Of a stretch of 64,000 bases of DNA, positions 8,548-19,744 are shown in pieces. Source of the stretch: Antarctobacter sp. (lineage in GTDB: Bacteria; Pseudomonadota; Alphaproteobacteria; Rhodobacterales; Rhodobacteraceae). The stretch covers positions 2,631-66,630 of the forward strand of contig NZ_JBLXFB010000018.1 in assembly GCF_048262615.1 (NCBI RefSeq), in the 5' to 3' direction. The translations under genes were made by a program, and so were the position numbers. Numbering within the stretch: position 1 is the first letter of the stretch; each line of letters starts with the position of its first letter. Below the pieces are notes generated by a model. It was not told the origin of the DNA and searched no databases. It saw only the letters and a list, made by a program, of their open reading frames with translations.

Positions 8548-9327
8548 TCAGCCCTCGGTTCCTAAACCGGCCGCCCGCGCGCGGGGGCCATGGAAATACT
8601 CATGCACCCAGGGGTGATCCACCTTCAACATGTCGCGCATCGTTCCGGTGACAAATACTTTCTTTTCCGACAGAACGGCAATCCGGTCGCAGATTGCATG
8701 CAAACTGTCCAGATCGTGCGTCACCATAAAGACGGTCAGGCCCATCGTCGTTTGCAGTTTCTTGATCAGGGCGTCAAAGTCTGCGGCGCCAATCGGGTCC
8801 AGACCGGCGGTGGGCTCGTCCAGAAACACGATTTCCGGGTCCAGCGCCAGCGCGCGGGCCAGCCCGGCGCGCTTGCGCATCCCGCCCGACAGTTCCGAAG
8901 GGTATTTGTCGCAGGCGATTGGCGGCAATCCGACCATCGAGATTTTCAGTTCGGCCAGCGCGCGCCGGGTTTCGGCCGACAGGTCGGTGTGTTCGCGCAT
9001 CGGAACCTCGACGTTTTCGCGCACCGTCAGCGAAGAAAACAGCGCCCCGTCCTGAAACATCACGCCCCATCGCTGCTCGACGGCGCGGCGGGTTTCGTCC
9101 GGCGCATCGGTGAGGTTGGTGCCAAAAACGGTCACAGTGCCGGCCTGTGGCCGCCGCAGACCGGCGATGGCGCGCAACAGAACGGATTTCCCGGTGCCGG
9201 AGCCGCCGACAATGCCCAGCACCTCGCCCCGATAGACGTCAAGGTCCAGCCCGTCGTGAACCACGTGATCGCCGAACTGGTTGCGCAGTCCGCGGACCTG
9301 GATGATGGCGTCGCGCGCGTCGGTCAT
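8548..9327 (-). CDS. MlaF-like ABC ATPase
   Basis: Start ATG 9327 (TGATG overlap with mlaE stop); GGSGTGKS, LSGGMRKRAGLARAL, FLDEPTAGLDP, VTHD. Confidence 0.93.
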   Translation of the reverse strand: MTDARDAIIQVRGLRNQFGDHVVHDGLDLDVYRGEVLGIVGGSGTGKSVLLRAIAGLRRPQAGTVTVFGTNLTDAPDETRRAVEQRWGVMFQDGALFSSLTVRENVEVPMREHTDLSAETRRALAELKISMVGLPPIACDKYPSELSGGMRKRAGLARALALDPEIVFLDEPTAGLDPIGAADFDALIKKLQTTMGLTVFMVTHDLDSLHAICDRIAVLSEKKVFVTGTMRDMLKVDHPWVHEYFHGPRARAAGLGTEG

Positions 9328-10406
9328 CAGATGCCGATCACGGCGAAGAGGATTGAGAACATGGCATCCGCCACGATGACCAGAAAGATCGACAAGACAA
9401 CAGAGGTCGAGGTCAATCGGCCCAAGGATTCGGCGTCGCCGCCGACCTTCATGCCCTCGTAACATCCTACGATTGCGATGATAACGGCGAAGAACGGGGC
9501 CTTTATCAGGCCGACCGCGTAGTGCCAGACATCGACGGAATCGTACAGTCGGGTCTGGAACATGCCGGGCGACACATCCAGTTCGATCCACGACATCATC
9601 GCGCCGCCCAGCAGGCCCATGACGTCCGCCACGAACCCCAGCAATGGCAGCATGATCACCAGCGCCAGAACACGCGGCAGGATCAGGATCTCGATCGGAT
9701 CGAGGCCAAAGGTCCGCATCGCGTCGATCTCTTCGCGCATCTTCATCGACCCGATGGCCGCAGTGAACGCAGCCCCCGACCGGCCCGCGACAATGATGGC
9801 TGTCAGAAGAATGCCCAGTTCGCGCAGGACAGAGATGGCGATCAGATCGACGACAAACACCTCGGCCCCGAACTGCCGCAACTGGACCGCGCCCTGAAAC
9901 GCCATGACAACGCCGATCAGGAAGGCCATCAACGAGACGATGGGCACCGCGTTCAGCCCGACTTCTTGCATGTGGTGAACCAGCGACGTCACCCGCAGCC
10001 GTCGGGGATGGATCGCGACGTAGCCAAGCCGCGCCAGCACCGCGCCCAGAAAGCCAAGCATTTCGATCACGCCAAGAATGCCGAACCATGTCTTCTGGCC
10101 GATCACTTCCAACCAGTCGAAAAATCCATGACGCGGCTTTGCCGTGGGGGCTTGATCCGGGATGCTCTGTCGGACGACCTCCAGTAGGTCGGCGTGATTC
10201 TGCGATGCGCCCGCGATCTCACACCGTCCGCCCCGGCCCTGAACAGCATTTTGCGTGGTCACAAGCAGCCAGGCCCCGGCGGTGTCCATGGCCTCGACCT
10301 GCGACAGATCCAGCGTGATATCGGCCTCAGTCGCAGGCGCAGTCACCTGCGCCCGGACTTCTTCAAGCCTTGCAATCACCAACCGACCTGACAGCGCGAT
10401 TTTCAT
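9327..10406 (-). CDS. MlaE-family permease with N-terminal STAS (MlaB-like) domain
   Basis: LDLSQVEAMDTAGAWLL (STAS); RELGILLTAIIVAGRSGAAFTAAIGSMKMREEIDAM (MlaE signature). Confidence 0.93.
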   Translation of the reverse strand: MKIALSGRLVIARLEEVRAQVTAPATEADITLDLSQVEAMDTAGAWLLVTTQNAVQGRGGRCEIAGASQNHADLLEVVRQSIPDQAPTAKPRHGFFDWLEVIGQKTWFGILGVIEMLGFLGAVLARLGYVAIHPRRLRVTSLVHHMQEVGLNAVPIVSLMAFLIGVVMAFQGAVQLRQFGAEVFVVDLIAISVLRELGILLTAIIVAGRSGAAFTAAIGSMKMREEIDAMRTFGLDPIEILILPRVLALVIMLPLLGFVADVMGLLGGAMMSWIELDVSPGMFQTRLYDSVDVWHYAVGLIKAPFFAVIIAIVGCYEGMKVGGDAESLGRLTSTSVVLSIFLVIVADAMFSILFAVIGI

Positions 10407-10536
10407 GAACAGAGGCGATACAGTGTAGTTGATGTGTCGGAAACCGGAATATTTTTGCAGTCAGGTCTTGTCGGATGCGGTGTGGGGGATAGGGCAACAT
10501 CATTGCCACCAGCACCCCGGCGCGCGGCGGCGGGGA

Positions 10537-13500
10537 TCACAAGGCGAAATCATCCGCTGTCAGCCCGGTGACATTCGCCACCAGAATTTCGGCGTCCGGG
10601 GCCAGATCGGTGTCCGTGTTGATCTGGACAATGCTCGATCCGTCTGTGGTCTCGATCACCCGGACCTGATTTGCTCCGGTGAAGGGGCCGCTTTCGACAA
10701 ACGTCAAGGTTCCCGCAGCCATGCCCGACAGGTCGATCACATCGACCAATACCTCGAAATCCAGAATCCGGTCGCGGGTCGCCCCGGTGGCGGTTTCGGT
10801 TGTGGATGCAAAGACAAAGACATCCACCTCTTGCCCTCCGGTCAAGAAATCCTGCCCGAGCCCCCCAGTCAGACGGTCCGCCCCGGCGTCGCCGCGCAAA
10901 ACATCACTGCCCGCTCCGCCCTCGATCGTGTCAGAGCCTTCGCGACCAATCAGCGTGTCGCTGCCGTTCCCGCCGCGCAGCACATTGCCCAGATGGTTGC
11001 CGCGTAGAATATCACCAAAGTCTGACCCGGTGAGGTTTTCGACCGACAGGTAACTGTCCGCGCGGGCGTCCCCGGTGTTCACGGTGGCATCCACCAGATC
11101 GGCGATCAGCCCGGCGCTGGCTGTGGCATAGGTCGCGGTATCGGACCCTGCGCCGCCGATCAGGCGGTCGCCGCCCGCGTCGCCGGACAGGGTGTCGTCC
11201 CCGTCATAGCCGATCAAGGTGTCGTCCCCGGCTAGCCCGGTCAGGACGTTGGCGCGGGCATCGCCGCGCAGGCTGTCGCGATAGGCGCTGCCGGTCAGAT
11301 TCTCGACATCCAGATAGCTGTCCCCCAGCGCCTCACCGAGGTTCAGCGAAGGGGTGCCAAGGTCCGCGATCACTCCGGCGGTGGCGGTGACGTAAGAGGC
11401 GGTATCCAGACCCGTGGCCCCGATCAACCTGTCCCGACCGGGGCCACCGATCAGGACATCGTCTCCGGCCCGCCCCACTAGCGTGTCGTCGCCGGCCTGA
11501 CCGGACAAGAGATTGGCCGCGTCGTCCCCCCGCAGGCTGTCGCCAAAGCGCGAGCCTGTCAGGTTTTCGATCCCCAGATAGGTGTCGCCGCGCGCCTCGC
11601 CAAGGTTCAGACCCGCGTCGCCAAGATCGGCGATCACGCCGCCCTCAGAGGTTTCATAGGTGGCGGCGTCCAGCCCGGTATTCCCGATCAGCCAATCCGC
11701 CCCCGCGCCGCCGTTCAGAATGTCGTTGCCGCCCAGACCGTTCAGGATGTCATTGCCATCCCCGGCGTCCAGTCGGTTGGCCATGCCATTGCCAAACAGC
11801 CTGTCGTTGGCGTCACCGCTGCGCAGGTGTTCGATGCTTAGCAGGGTATCGACCCCGTGCCCGGTGTCCTGCGGTCCGGTTATGCTCAGGTCCACATTTA
11901 TGGCATCCGCGCCGGTGTAAGAGGCGGTATCTTCGCCTGCGCCGCCATCCAGCGTGTCGTCACCCGTGCCGCCATCCAGCACATCGTCGCCGTCGCCCGC
12001 CGCGATCAGGTCATCGCCCGCGCCGCCGTTCATTGTATCGTCGCCGCCGCCGGTCTGCGTCACGATGCGCGGCGGCGTGCCGCCGCCCCCAGTCGTTCCG
12101 GGCGACAGCGCCGCGCCGCCGGTGTCGTCCAGCATCAGACCAGAGACCGGGTCGGCGGTCCAATGCGACACCAGCCCCGGTTCGGTCGCCGGATCGTCGA
12201 GGGGGGCAAAGGCCGTGTCGGCGACCTCTGCGCCACTCAGCGCGCGGTCCCAGACGCGGACTTCGCTGACCTCTCCCTGTAGCACCTGATTGGGATCGAA
12301 GCCGCCATTGACCTGATCCTGCTCCTGACCCACCACAAAGGACCCACCCGAAGTCAGGCCCCCAAAAGTGGAAAACACCGGGGCGCGGTAGCTGTAGACG
12401 CTCTGACCGTCGACGTAGAGCGTAAAGCCCGCCTTGTCGCCGGGCGCCACCGAGCCCGGAACCGTGGCAACCGACAGGGTGATCCGGTGCGGCTGGGTGT
12501 CGAACAGCAGGGCGGTGGGCACATTGGTCACGTAAAGCCGGTCATTCAGCCAGATTTCCAGCCCGTTGCCGCCGCGGTTTCCAAAGATCACCAACTCATT
12601 GATGCTGCCCGGAACCGCGTATGAGACAAAAGGGCTGTGCAGCGCGCCAAAGGCCTCTGTCGCGCGGAACATCAGGTCTACCGTAAAGGACCCGCCGGGC
12701 ATGTCGTCATAGCCGTTCAGGCCCAGCATCTGGTCCCGCGTTGCGCCCTCGTTCAGCCGAAAGGCCGGGACATCGCGGGAGTCCAGCAGCCTGTCGTTGC
12801 CGTCGCCCCCCGACAGGATATCATTGCCGCCGTGACCGATCAGCAGGTCGTCCCCGGCGTCGCCGCTTAGCTGGTTGTCCAGATGGTCGCCCACAAGACT
12901 GTCGTCGGACAAAGACCCGGTCAGGTTCTCGATCCCGTCCAGCGCATAGGAATAGGCCGTGCCGGTGGCCAGATCCCGAAATACGGCCAGCCCGTCGCCC
13001 AGGTTGACCGACGCCTGACCAAGCGTTTGCTCAGGCTGCCAGTTGGCCGTGCCGTCGGACAGTGCGCCGCTCTGGTTCGGGCCGAAACTCGCCCTGTCGA
13101 TCCCGGCACCGCCGTGCAGCACGCCGCCGCCCAGCCCGACAACCAGCAGGTCGTTGCCGTTGCCGCCGCGCAGCGTGTCGACGCCGTCCCCGGCGAACAG
13201 GATGTCATTGCCCGCGCCGCCGTCGATCAAATCGTCGCCGCCCTGACCGTTGATTTTGTTGCCCAGATGGTTGCCGGTCAGACTGTCTGCGGACGGGCTG
13301 CCGCGCAGGTTCTCAACGCCGCTGGTCACAATCGAGGCGGAGCCGCCTTGCGACAGGTCCAGCGTGACCGGCCCACTGGCACCAGAGAAATCCGCCGTGT
13401 CGGTGCCGGGGCCGCCGGACAGATGGATCTGAGAGAAGCCGTTGAAGACGCGCAGGATATCATCGCCTTTGCCGCCGGACAGCAGGTCGAGGCCACCGGC

Positions 13501-16500
13501 AAGGCCCGCGCGCTCGGCATTGCGCAGATCGTCATTGCCGTCACCGCCACGGATCGTGTCGTCGCTGCTGCTGCCGATGACGGTGTCGTCGCCGCCGTCA
13601 CCCGACAGCAGATCGCCGCCGGTCCCGGCATGGCCCAGAATGACGTCATTGCCGTTGCCGCCCATCAGGATGTTCGCGCGGTCGTTGCCCGCGATGAAAT
13701 CATCCTGCGCGCTGCCAGTGACCGCTTCAAAGCTCTGGATCTCCAGATAGGATTCCCCCAACAGCAGGTCATAGCTGCCGCCCGGCTGGCCAAGCTGCCG
13801 TTGCAGGCTGTCGAAGGCGGCATAATCCGTCTCATCCGGCAGATCGACCGTGCCGGGTTCATGCCCTTCGGCCACGCCTTTGTACCCCAGTTTGAGCGGG
13901 TCGCCGATATAGCTGCCGTCAAGATCGACGATCCACCCCAGATCGCTGCCGGAAAAATCCAGCCTGTCGGATTCCGTGCTGGTGGCGGGCTCTGTCCGGT
14001 CGCTGCCGTTCAGCAACAACCAGCCCTGTTGCGTGATCTCGACGGTATCGTCGCCGCTGCCGCCTTCGATATTGGTGCGGCCCTGCGCCGGGCGGAACAG
14101 GTCCTCCCCGGCACCGCCATCGTAAAAGTCATGGACGGTAAAGCTGTTTTGCGGATCGGTGGTGTCCCAGATCGGGCGAAAGTTGCGCGCTGTGCCGATG
14201 AACAGGTCGTCGCCCGCGCCACCATAGTAAAAGTCCTGACTGGCCGAACTGGCAAAGGTGTCATCGCCCTCCGCGCCAAAGATCTGAAACCCGCCTTGCG
14301 TCCTGTCGATGCCCGTCAGGGCACCCGCCGCGTCGAATTTCACGACAGAGCCTGCGGGGCCGTTGACATACAGGTGGTCTGGCAGCATCGCGTCGATCTC
14401 GGTCGCCGTCAGGCCAACAGAGGTCAGCGAGGGAAAGCCCGGAAACGTGCTGGCGAAATCCACGCCACCGTACCAGAGGCTGGTAAAGTTGCCGCGTTCG
14501 TTGATGAACAGATCATTCCCGGTCCCGGCGACAAACAGCTTGCGCCCGATGGTCGAGGGGTCCGTGGGGTCATAGTCCACGCCGGTCGCCACCAGCGTGT
14601 CATTGCCCGCATCCCCCAGCATCAGGTCGGTGCCCCTGCCGCTGATCAGGGAATCGTTGCCGCCCAATCCCCGCAACACGTCATTGGATGCGCGCCCGTC
14701 CAGCCGGTTTGCCCCGTCATCGCCCCACAGCCAGTCGGCGTTGTCGCTGCCTGTCAGGTTTTCGACATCGACATAAATGTCTTCGGACACAAAGGGTTGA
14801 CGCGCATCGCCCGGTGCCAGCAACGACGCGAAATGCGCGCTGCCCGCGTCGCCAAGGTATGATCCCACGTCGATTCCGCTGCCGCCGTAGATGCGGTCAC
14901 TCCCCGCGCCGCCCTCAAGGAAATCATCCCCGCTGCCGCCGTTCAGCGTGTCATCGCCGCCGCGCGCGGCGATATAGTCCATCAGCGCGTAGGCAGAGAT
15001 CGCCTCGGCGCTGTCGGTCCCGAACATGAAATCGCGCGCCGGAGCGTCGGGGACCGAGGGCAGCGAAAGACCGTCGCCTTCGGTTTCGCCATTTGCCGCG
15101 TCATAGAAATAGTCGAAGTCCGAGAGATGCAGCGTGCGGTCCTTGAAGATGAAATAGTCGACGTTGGTGATCACATCGGTGCCCAGATCGACCGCGCCGG
15201 GCGCGCCGTGGGTGTGGCTGACGATGATCGCGCCAGTGTCCGTGTCGCGCTTGATGCTGAATTCGCTGAGGTTGCCTTGCAGGATCACACCGTCGGTGTA
15301 GTCGATCCCGTTCACCGTATCGTCGCCGCCGCCGTCGATGATGTCGTCGCCCGCGCCGCCGATCAGGATGTCGTTGCCGAAGCCGCCGTTCAGAACGTCC
15401 CCGCCAAGCCCGCCAGACACCAGATCATCGCCGTCCCCGGCAAAGATCTGCGTCCCCCCGGCGATGATGCCATTGGGATCGCGGGTGTCGAAACCGTCAT
15501 AGCCGACCGCCAGATTGGCGTTGTCATCCAGAATGATGTTCACCGGATCGAAAGGCGTGATCAGTTTGCGTACCTCAATCGCCAGCCGCCCGGCATCGTC
15601 CCGCAGCCGCGCCATCAGGTCGGTCTCCAGCGCGATATCCAGACCGGGCACGGCAACGGTCAGGTCGCCGAACTCGGTCTCGAATCTGCTCAGGTCAAGA
15701 TCGACGCCGGTGAACAGGCTGAGCTCGGGGATCAGCTCGTCGATGGCCCCGGCCATCTTGTCGAACAGGTCGGTGATGCCCAGACTGTCCAGAATTGGAT
15801 CAAGGACGGGGTTGATGACCGCGTCGATCACCGCCTCGGCCGCGTCCAATGCCCATTGCACCGGCTCCAGCGCGTCGTTCAGCGCATTCATCGGCGTTTG
15901 CAGGAAATCCACCTTGCCCAGCATGTCGGTAAAGTCGCGCGCGACGCCCAGCAAGGTTGCGGCCACCGCAGGGAAATCGCCCAGCACCGCGTCGATCCGT
16001 GCGTCCATCGCGTTGATGTCATCGGTCAGATCGGCAATGCCAGAGGTGGCGGCGTTCAGGTTGCCGGCAATGACATTGGCCTCATCGGCGGCGTTTTGCA
16101 GCACAGAGGGGATATCATAGGCCGTCTCGATCGCCCCAGCCGCGTCGGCGATGCCGTTTTCCACCGCAGCCAGTTCAGAGACCGCAATCTCAAGCACGTC
16201 GCGGACGGTTTCCAGCCCGTCGATCATCGCATCGACGCGGTCCTTGAACGCGCCGAACTTGCTGTCCACGTCGATGCCGTTGGCCACGTCCTCGGCGCGT
16301 TCCTCGACCAGCGTGATGACCCGCTTGAGGATCGGCGCGACGCTCGACAGGGGCGGCCCGACCTTGGAGATCAGCGCCAGCGCATTCTTCAACCCCTGCG
16401 CAATGTCCTGAAGTTTTTCCGCGTCCTCGTCGATCTCTTCGAGAACCTCGAACACATCGCTGACCAGTTCCAGCGCATCAATCGCGCCTTCGACCGCGTC

Positions 16501-16569
16501 CAATGATGTCTGCGCCGCTTGTTTTGTGTCCTGAACAGTGTCGTCCAACAGGGAAAGTTGGCTTGGCAT
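10537..16569 (-). CDS. Large RTX (hemolysin-type Ca-binding) secreted protein with pentraxin/LamG domain
   Basis: 2010 aa; many GGxGxDxLx repeats; GQEQD pentraxin-like domain at about 12150-12770; serralysin-like T1SS C-terminus (...LTADDFAL); no Sec signal. Confidence 0.9.
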   Translation of the reverse strand: MPSQLSLLDDTVQDTKQAAQTSLDAVEGAIDALELVSDVFEVLEEIDEDAEKLQDIAQGLKNALALISKVGPPLSSVAPILKRVITLVEERAEDVANGIDVDSKFGAFKDRVDAMIDGLETVRDVLEIAVSELAAVENGIADAAGAIETAYDIPSVLQNAADEANVIAGNLNAATSGIADLTDDINAMDARIDAVLGDFPAVAATLLGVARDFTDMLGKVDFLQTPMNALNDALEPVQWALDAAEAVIDAVINPVLDPILDSLGITDLFDKMAGAIDELIPELSLFTGVDLDLSRFETEFGDLTVAVPGLDIALETDLMARLRDDAGRLAIEVRKLITPFDPVNIILDDNANLAVGYDGFDTRDPNGIIAGGTQIFAGDGDDLVSGGLGGDVLNGGFGNDILIGGAGDDIIDGGGDDTVNGIDYTDGVILQGNLSEFSIKRDTDTGAIIVSHTHGAPGAVDLGTDVITNVDYFIFKDRTLHLSDFDYFYDAANGETEGDGLSLPSVPDAPARDFMFGTDSAEAISAYALMDYIAARGGDDTLNGGSGDDFLEGGAGSDRIYGGSGIDVGSYLGDAGSAHFASLLAPGDARQPFVSEDIYVDVENLTGSDNADWLWGDDGANRLDGRASNDVLRGLGGNDSLISGRGTDLMLGDAGNDTLVATGVDYDPTDPSTIGRKLFVAGTGNDLFINERGNFTSLWYGGVDFASTFPGFPSLTSVGLTATEIDAMLPDHLYVNGPAGSVVKFDAAGALTGIDRTQGGFQIFGAEGDDTFASSASQDFYYGGAGDDLFIGTARNFRPIWDTTDPQNSFTVHDFYDGGAGEDLFRPAQGRTNIEGGSGDDTVEITQQGWLLLNGSDRTEPATSTESDRLDFSGSDLGWIVDLDGSYIGDPLKLGYKGVAEGHEPGTVDLPDETDYAAFDSLQRQLGQPGGSYDLLLGESYLEIQSFEAVTGSAQDDFIAGNDRANILMGGNGNDVILGHAGTGGDLLSGDGGDDTVIGSSSDDTIRGGDGNDDLRNAERAGLAGGLDLLSGGKGDDILRVFNGFSQIHLSGGPGTDTADFSGASGPVTLDLSQGGSASIVTSGVENLRGSPSADSLTGNHLGNKINGQGGDDLIDGGAGNDILFAGDGVDTLRGGNGNDLLVVGLGGGVLHGGAGIDRASFGPNQSGALSDGTANWQPEQTLGQASVNLGDGLAVFRDLATGTAYSYALDGIENLTGSLSDDSLVGDHLDNQLSGDAGDDLLIGHGGNDILSGGDGNDRLLDSRDVPAFRLNEGATRDQMLGLNGYDDMPGGSFTVDLMFRATEAFGALHSPFVSYAVPGSINELVIFGNRGGNGLEIWLNDRLYVTNVPTALLFDTQPHRITLSVATVPGSVAPGDKAGFTLYVDGQSVYSYRAPVFSTFGGLTSGGSFVVGQEQDQVNGGFDPNQVLQGEVSEVRVWDRALSGAEVADTAFAPLDDPATEPGLVSHWTADPVSGLMLDDTGGAALSPGTTGGGGTPPRIVTQTGGGDDTMNGGAGDDLIAAGDGDDVLDGGTGDDTLDGGAGEDTASYTGADAINVDLSITGPQDTGHGVDTLLSIEHLRSGDANDRLFGNGMANRLDAGDGNDILNGLGGNDILNGGAGADWLIGNTGLDAATYETSEGGVIADLGDAGLNLGEARGDTYLGIENLTGSRFGDSLRGDDAANLLSGQAGDDTLVGRAGDDVLIGGPGRDRLIGATGLDTASYVTATAGVIADLGTPSLNLGEALGDSYLDVENLTGSAYRDSLRGDARANVLTGLAGDDTLIGYDGDDTLSGDAGGDRLIGGAGSDTATYATASAGLIADLVDATVNTGDARADSYLSVENLTGSDFGDILRGNHLGNVLRGGNGSDTLIGREGSDTIEGGAGSDVLRGDAGADRLTGGLGQDFLTGGQEVDVFVFASTTETATGATRDRILDFEVLVDVIDLSGMAAGTLTFVESGPFTGANQVRVIETTDGSSIVQINTDTDLAPDAEILVANVTGLTADDFAL

Positions 16570-16647
16570 TGGAATGTCTCCGTCAAATCAAGGGTCCGGC
16601 AATCCGGGTCTGCCCGAAACCTACGGACCCCGATGACCGAACTGGAT

Positions 16648-16674
16648 GGGGTGCATCCCCCATTCGGCGGGTGA
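16648..16674. promoter_or_regulatory. Candidate response-regulator binding site, copy 1 (upstream of the RTX gene)
   Basis: ggggtgcatCCCCCATTCGGcggGTGA; the same 11-mer and GTGA recur at 19745-19771. Confidence 0.45.
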
Positions 16675-16693
16675 CATTGACAAAGACGGCGCG

Positions 16694-17347
16694 TTACAGG
16701 TCCGGCGAGGGGGCGATCAGGCCCTCGCGCAGCGCAAAGGCGATCAATTGCGCCACCGAATGCACGTCAAGTTTCTGCATCAGGTTGGTCCGGTGCCGGT
16801 CAACGGTCTTGGCGCTGATGCCCAGAATCCCGGCGATTTCCCGGTTCGACCGTCCCGCGACAATCAGGTTCAGCGTCTGGCGTTCACGGTCCGACAGGGC
16901 CGGGGCCGGGGGCGCGTCCTCCAGCATCTGACGGAACACCTGCGCGATGTGACGTTGCCCGCGCAGGATGCCGGGCAGGGCGCGAAACATCTCTGCATTG
17001 TCGCTGCCCTTGGAAAACAACCCATCGACGCCACTGGCCACCAGTTCACTGATCTTGCCGGTCGCGGTCACACCGCTCAGCACAACCACCCGGCTTTCGG
17101 GGGACCAGCGCCGCGCCTCGATCAGCACTTCGAGACCTCCGGCCATGGGCATCTGCACATCCAGCAGCAACAGCGCCGGGCGGTGCTTGCGCACCGCGGC
17201 AATGGCCGACAGACCGTCCGCCGCCTCTGCCACCACCGCGATTCCCGCCGGTTCCACAAGGCCCGGTGTCTCAAGCGCGGCCCGCAGCCCGCTGCGGACA
17301 ATGGCGTGATCGTCGGCGACAACGGCATGGAAACGGGGCTGGGTCAC
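16694..17347 (-). CDS. NarL/LuxR-family response regulator
   Basis: VVADDHAIVR, LLLLDVQMP (phospho-Asp), HTH LSDRERQTL...GRSNREIA...ISAKTVDRHRTNLMQKL. Confidence 0.95.
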   Translation of the reverse strand: MTQPRFHAVVADDHAIVRSGLRAALETPGLVEPAGIAVVAEAADGLSAIAAVRKHRPALLLLDVQMPMAGGLEVLIEARRWSPESRVVVLSGVTATGKISELVASGVDGLFSKGSDNAEMFRALPGILRGQRHIAQVFRQMLEDAPPAPALSDRERQTLNLIVAGRSNREIAGILGISAKTVDRHRTNLMQKLDVHSVAQLIAFALREGLIAPSPDL

Positions 17348-17382
17348 TGTATGCTTTGTCCGGGACGCATGGAGAGGATGTC

Positions 17383-19377
17383 TTGCGGACAGTCATAGCA
17401 TTTTTCCTGTCCTGTTCGATGGTTCTGTTCGCCGCGTCGGCCCCTTGGGCAGAGCCGCCGCCCGTGCTGGTCCTTGATCCCGATGGCCCGGTGGACCTGA
17501 ACGGCGGGCAGATGCGCTTTGCCCCCGACGTGGGCGATACCCTCGGCGATCTGGCGCAGCGGTTTTCCGATGGCAAGCTGTCGGCCTCCTTTGCTGACAG
17601 CGCCGCCGGGGTGCGGCCCTATCAACCGCTGTGGGGGCTGGTCGAACTCCAGAGCGGCGCACCCCGCGACGGGCGGCCGCCGGACGACTGGGTGCTGGCT
17701 TCGGACATTGACGGGCTGATCGCGCTGGACGTGGTTCTGATCCGGCTGGGTGCCGAAACCGAACAGTTGCTGGCGCATGACATCCGCCGCCCTTTTGCGC
17801 CCGGTGACTACGCCGTCACCCGGCTGGTCAGCGCCCCGTTCACGCTGCGCCCCGAAGAGCGGGCGCTGCTGGTGGTGCGCATGGTCCACGGCGCGGTCGA
17901 GTCGCTGGACCTGCGCCTTGAGCGCGGCGAGGCGGTGCGGGCGCAGGCCTTTGCCAGCGGTCTGGCGCTGGCCGCCTTCTACGCCTTCCTGCTGTCCTGT
18001 CTGATCATCTTCGCGGTGTTCAGCGCGTTGATGCGGGACAGTGTCGGCGTGACCTATGCGGCGCTTTTGCTGCTGGGGCTGGGGTTTGTCGCCTATCTGG
18101 ACAACTTCCTGTTCCGCTGGCTGTACCCCGCGCGCCCCGAATTTCATCTGCCGTTCGGCATCGCCTTTCTGCTGGTCCTCACCGCGCTGGGTTTCTACAG
18201 CGCGGCGCTGTCGCTGAGCCGTTTTGGCGGTGCGCCCGGCGTCAGGCGGCCCCTTGTGGTGCTGGCGGGGGGGACGCTGGCCGCCATCGGTCTGGTTTTT
18301 GTGCTGCCGGTAGAGGTCATGGCGACGGCGGCCTATGTCCTGCTGGCGGGGATGCTGGTGGCGCAGGTTTTTGCGGTCTTTCACTGGGACAGGTTGGGCG
18401 AGCTGTCGCGCCGGTTGTCGCGGCTGATCCCGGTGATTGCGCTGATCGGGCTGGGCGGCGTCGTTGTGCTGGCCATTGCGCGCAGCCCGGTCGGGGCGCT
18501 GTCGATCCCGTGGGCGATCAAGGGCACCTACGCCACGCTGGCCGTCGGGATCATGGCCAGCCTGTCGGCGGGCCTGATCGACATGCGGCGCGCCCATGCC
18601 GCGGCGTTGGCCCGCGAAATGGCCGCCACCCGCAAAGAGGCGGCGACCGCGCGCGATCTGCTGGCGGCAGAGCGGAACCATGCCCGCATGCGCGAACTTG
18701 CGGATCACCGCAGGTTGCAGATGGCGGGCATGTCCCACGATATCCGCCAGCCGCTGGGCGCGTTGCGCCTGTCGATCGAGGGCATGGCGCGCGACGCGCC
18801 GCAAGAGACGCAGGCCCAACTGCAAGAGGCTTTTGATTATATCCAGACGTTGACCGCGCGCCAACTGGACGCGGCAAGGGATGAGGCCCTTGCAGAGGTT
18901 CAGGGCACACCCCGGCAGGACTCGGCCGATGAAACCGAACCCTATCCGGTGTCGCTGGTGCAGGAGGCCGTCGGCCAGATGTTTGCCGATGAGGCGCGGG
19001 CCAAGGGGCTGGACCTGCGCATCGTCGCAAGTTCGGCGCAGGTGCGCGTCCCGCCCCTGCACCTGATGCGTATTCTGTCGAACCTTGTGTCCAACGCGGT
19101 GAAATATACCGATCAGGGGCGGGTGCTTGTCGGTGTCCGCAGGGGCCGCGATCACCTGTGCCTACAGGTGCTGGACACCGGCCCCGGCATGGGTCCAGAG
19201 GATCTGGACCGGACCCGGCAAGCCTGGCAATCGGGTGCGGACAGCACCGGGCACGGGCTGGGCCTTGCCATCTGTCACCAGCTTGCGGCGCAGAACGGGC
19301 TTGACCTGACGGTTGTGTCCCATCCGGGGGCGGGCACGGTGTTTTCCCTACGGATGCCAAGGGAGACGGATACATGA
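17383..19377 (+). CDS. Sensor histidine kinase, 7TM-DISM-like periplasmic and membrane region
   Basis: TTG start at 17383 after GGAGAGG; signal/TM segment, periplasmic domain, multiple TMs, H-box SHDIRQPL, N-box NLVSNAVKYT, DTGPGM, GHGLGLAIC. Confidence 0.9.
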   Translation: MRTVIAFFLSCSMVLFAASAPWAEPPPVLVLDPDGPVDLNGGQMRFAPDVGDTLGDLAQRFSDGKLSASFADSAAGVRPYQPLWGLVELQSGAPRDGRPPDDWVLASDIDGLIALDVVLIRLGAETEQLLAHDIRRPFAPGDYAVTRLVSAPFTLRPEERALLVVRMVHGAVESLDLRLERGEAVRAQAFASGLALAAFYAFLLSCLIIFAVFSALMRDSVGVTYAALLLLGLGFVAYLDNFLFRWLYPARPEFHLPFGIAFLLVLTALGFYSAALSLSRFGGAPGVRRPLVVLAGGTLAAIGLVFVLPVEVMATAAYVLLAGMLVAQVFAVFHWDRLGELSRRLSRLIPVIALIGLGGVVVLAIARSPVGALSIPWAIKGTYATLAVGIMASLSAGLIDMRRAHAAALAREMAATRKEAATARDLLAAERNHARMRELADHRRLQMAGMSHDIRQPLGALRLSIEGMARDAPQETQAQLQEAFDYIQTLTARQLDAARDEALAEVQGTPRQDSADETEPYPVSLVQEAVGQMFADEARAKGLDLRIVASSAQVRVPPLHLMRILSNLVSNAVKYTDQGRVLVGVRRGRDHLCLQVLDTGPGMGPEDLDRTRQAWQSGADSTGHGLGLAICHQLAAQNGLDLTVVSHPGAGTVFSLRMPRETDT

Positions 19378-19709
19378 TGCGACCCGCCAGCGTTATTCTG
19401 CTGTGCACCGCCCTGTGGCCCGCTGCGGGCGGCAACGCCCAGACCACCGTGCCGGGCGCGGGGGCCGTCACCCCGCTGGAGGTGCAGGCCTTCACCCGTG
19501 CGGATGCCAACCGTGACGGGCTGTTGAGCTTTGCCGAATTCCGGGTGTTTGTCCGGCAGATGGCCGCCGGGGGGCAGTCCACGGCGATCACCATTCGCAC
19601 CTTCGGGGCCTACCGGCTTGCATTCCGAAGGGTGGATGCAGACCGCAACGGTCTGGCCACTCCCGGAGAGTTGCGGCGCGCCGACACCGGCTTTCGCGCG
19701 GGCAACTGA
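19374..19709 (+). CDS. Exported EF-hand protein
   Basis: Signal peptide (…AAGGNA-Q); EF-hand loops DANRDGLLSFAE and DADRNGLATPGE; ATGA overlap with the kinase stop. Confidence 0.85.
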   Translation: MMRPASVILLCTALWPAAGGNAQTTVPGAGAVTPLEVQAFTRADANRDGLLSFAEFRVFVRQMAAGGQSTAITIRTFGAYRLAFRRVDADRNGLATPGELRRADTGFRAGN

Positions 19710-19744
19710 GGGGCCGGGGAGCGCGCAAAACCCATCAGGGAATT

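Noticed and set aside
12883-14862. 659-aa plus-strand ORF
   Set aside because: Antisense shadow of the RTX gene; no motifs; expected in high-GC DNA.
17344-19155. 603-aa minus-strand ORF
   Set aside because: Shadow of the histidine kinase; Arg/Gln-rich antisense composition.
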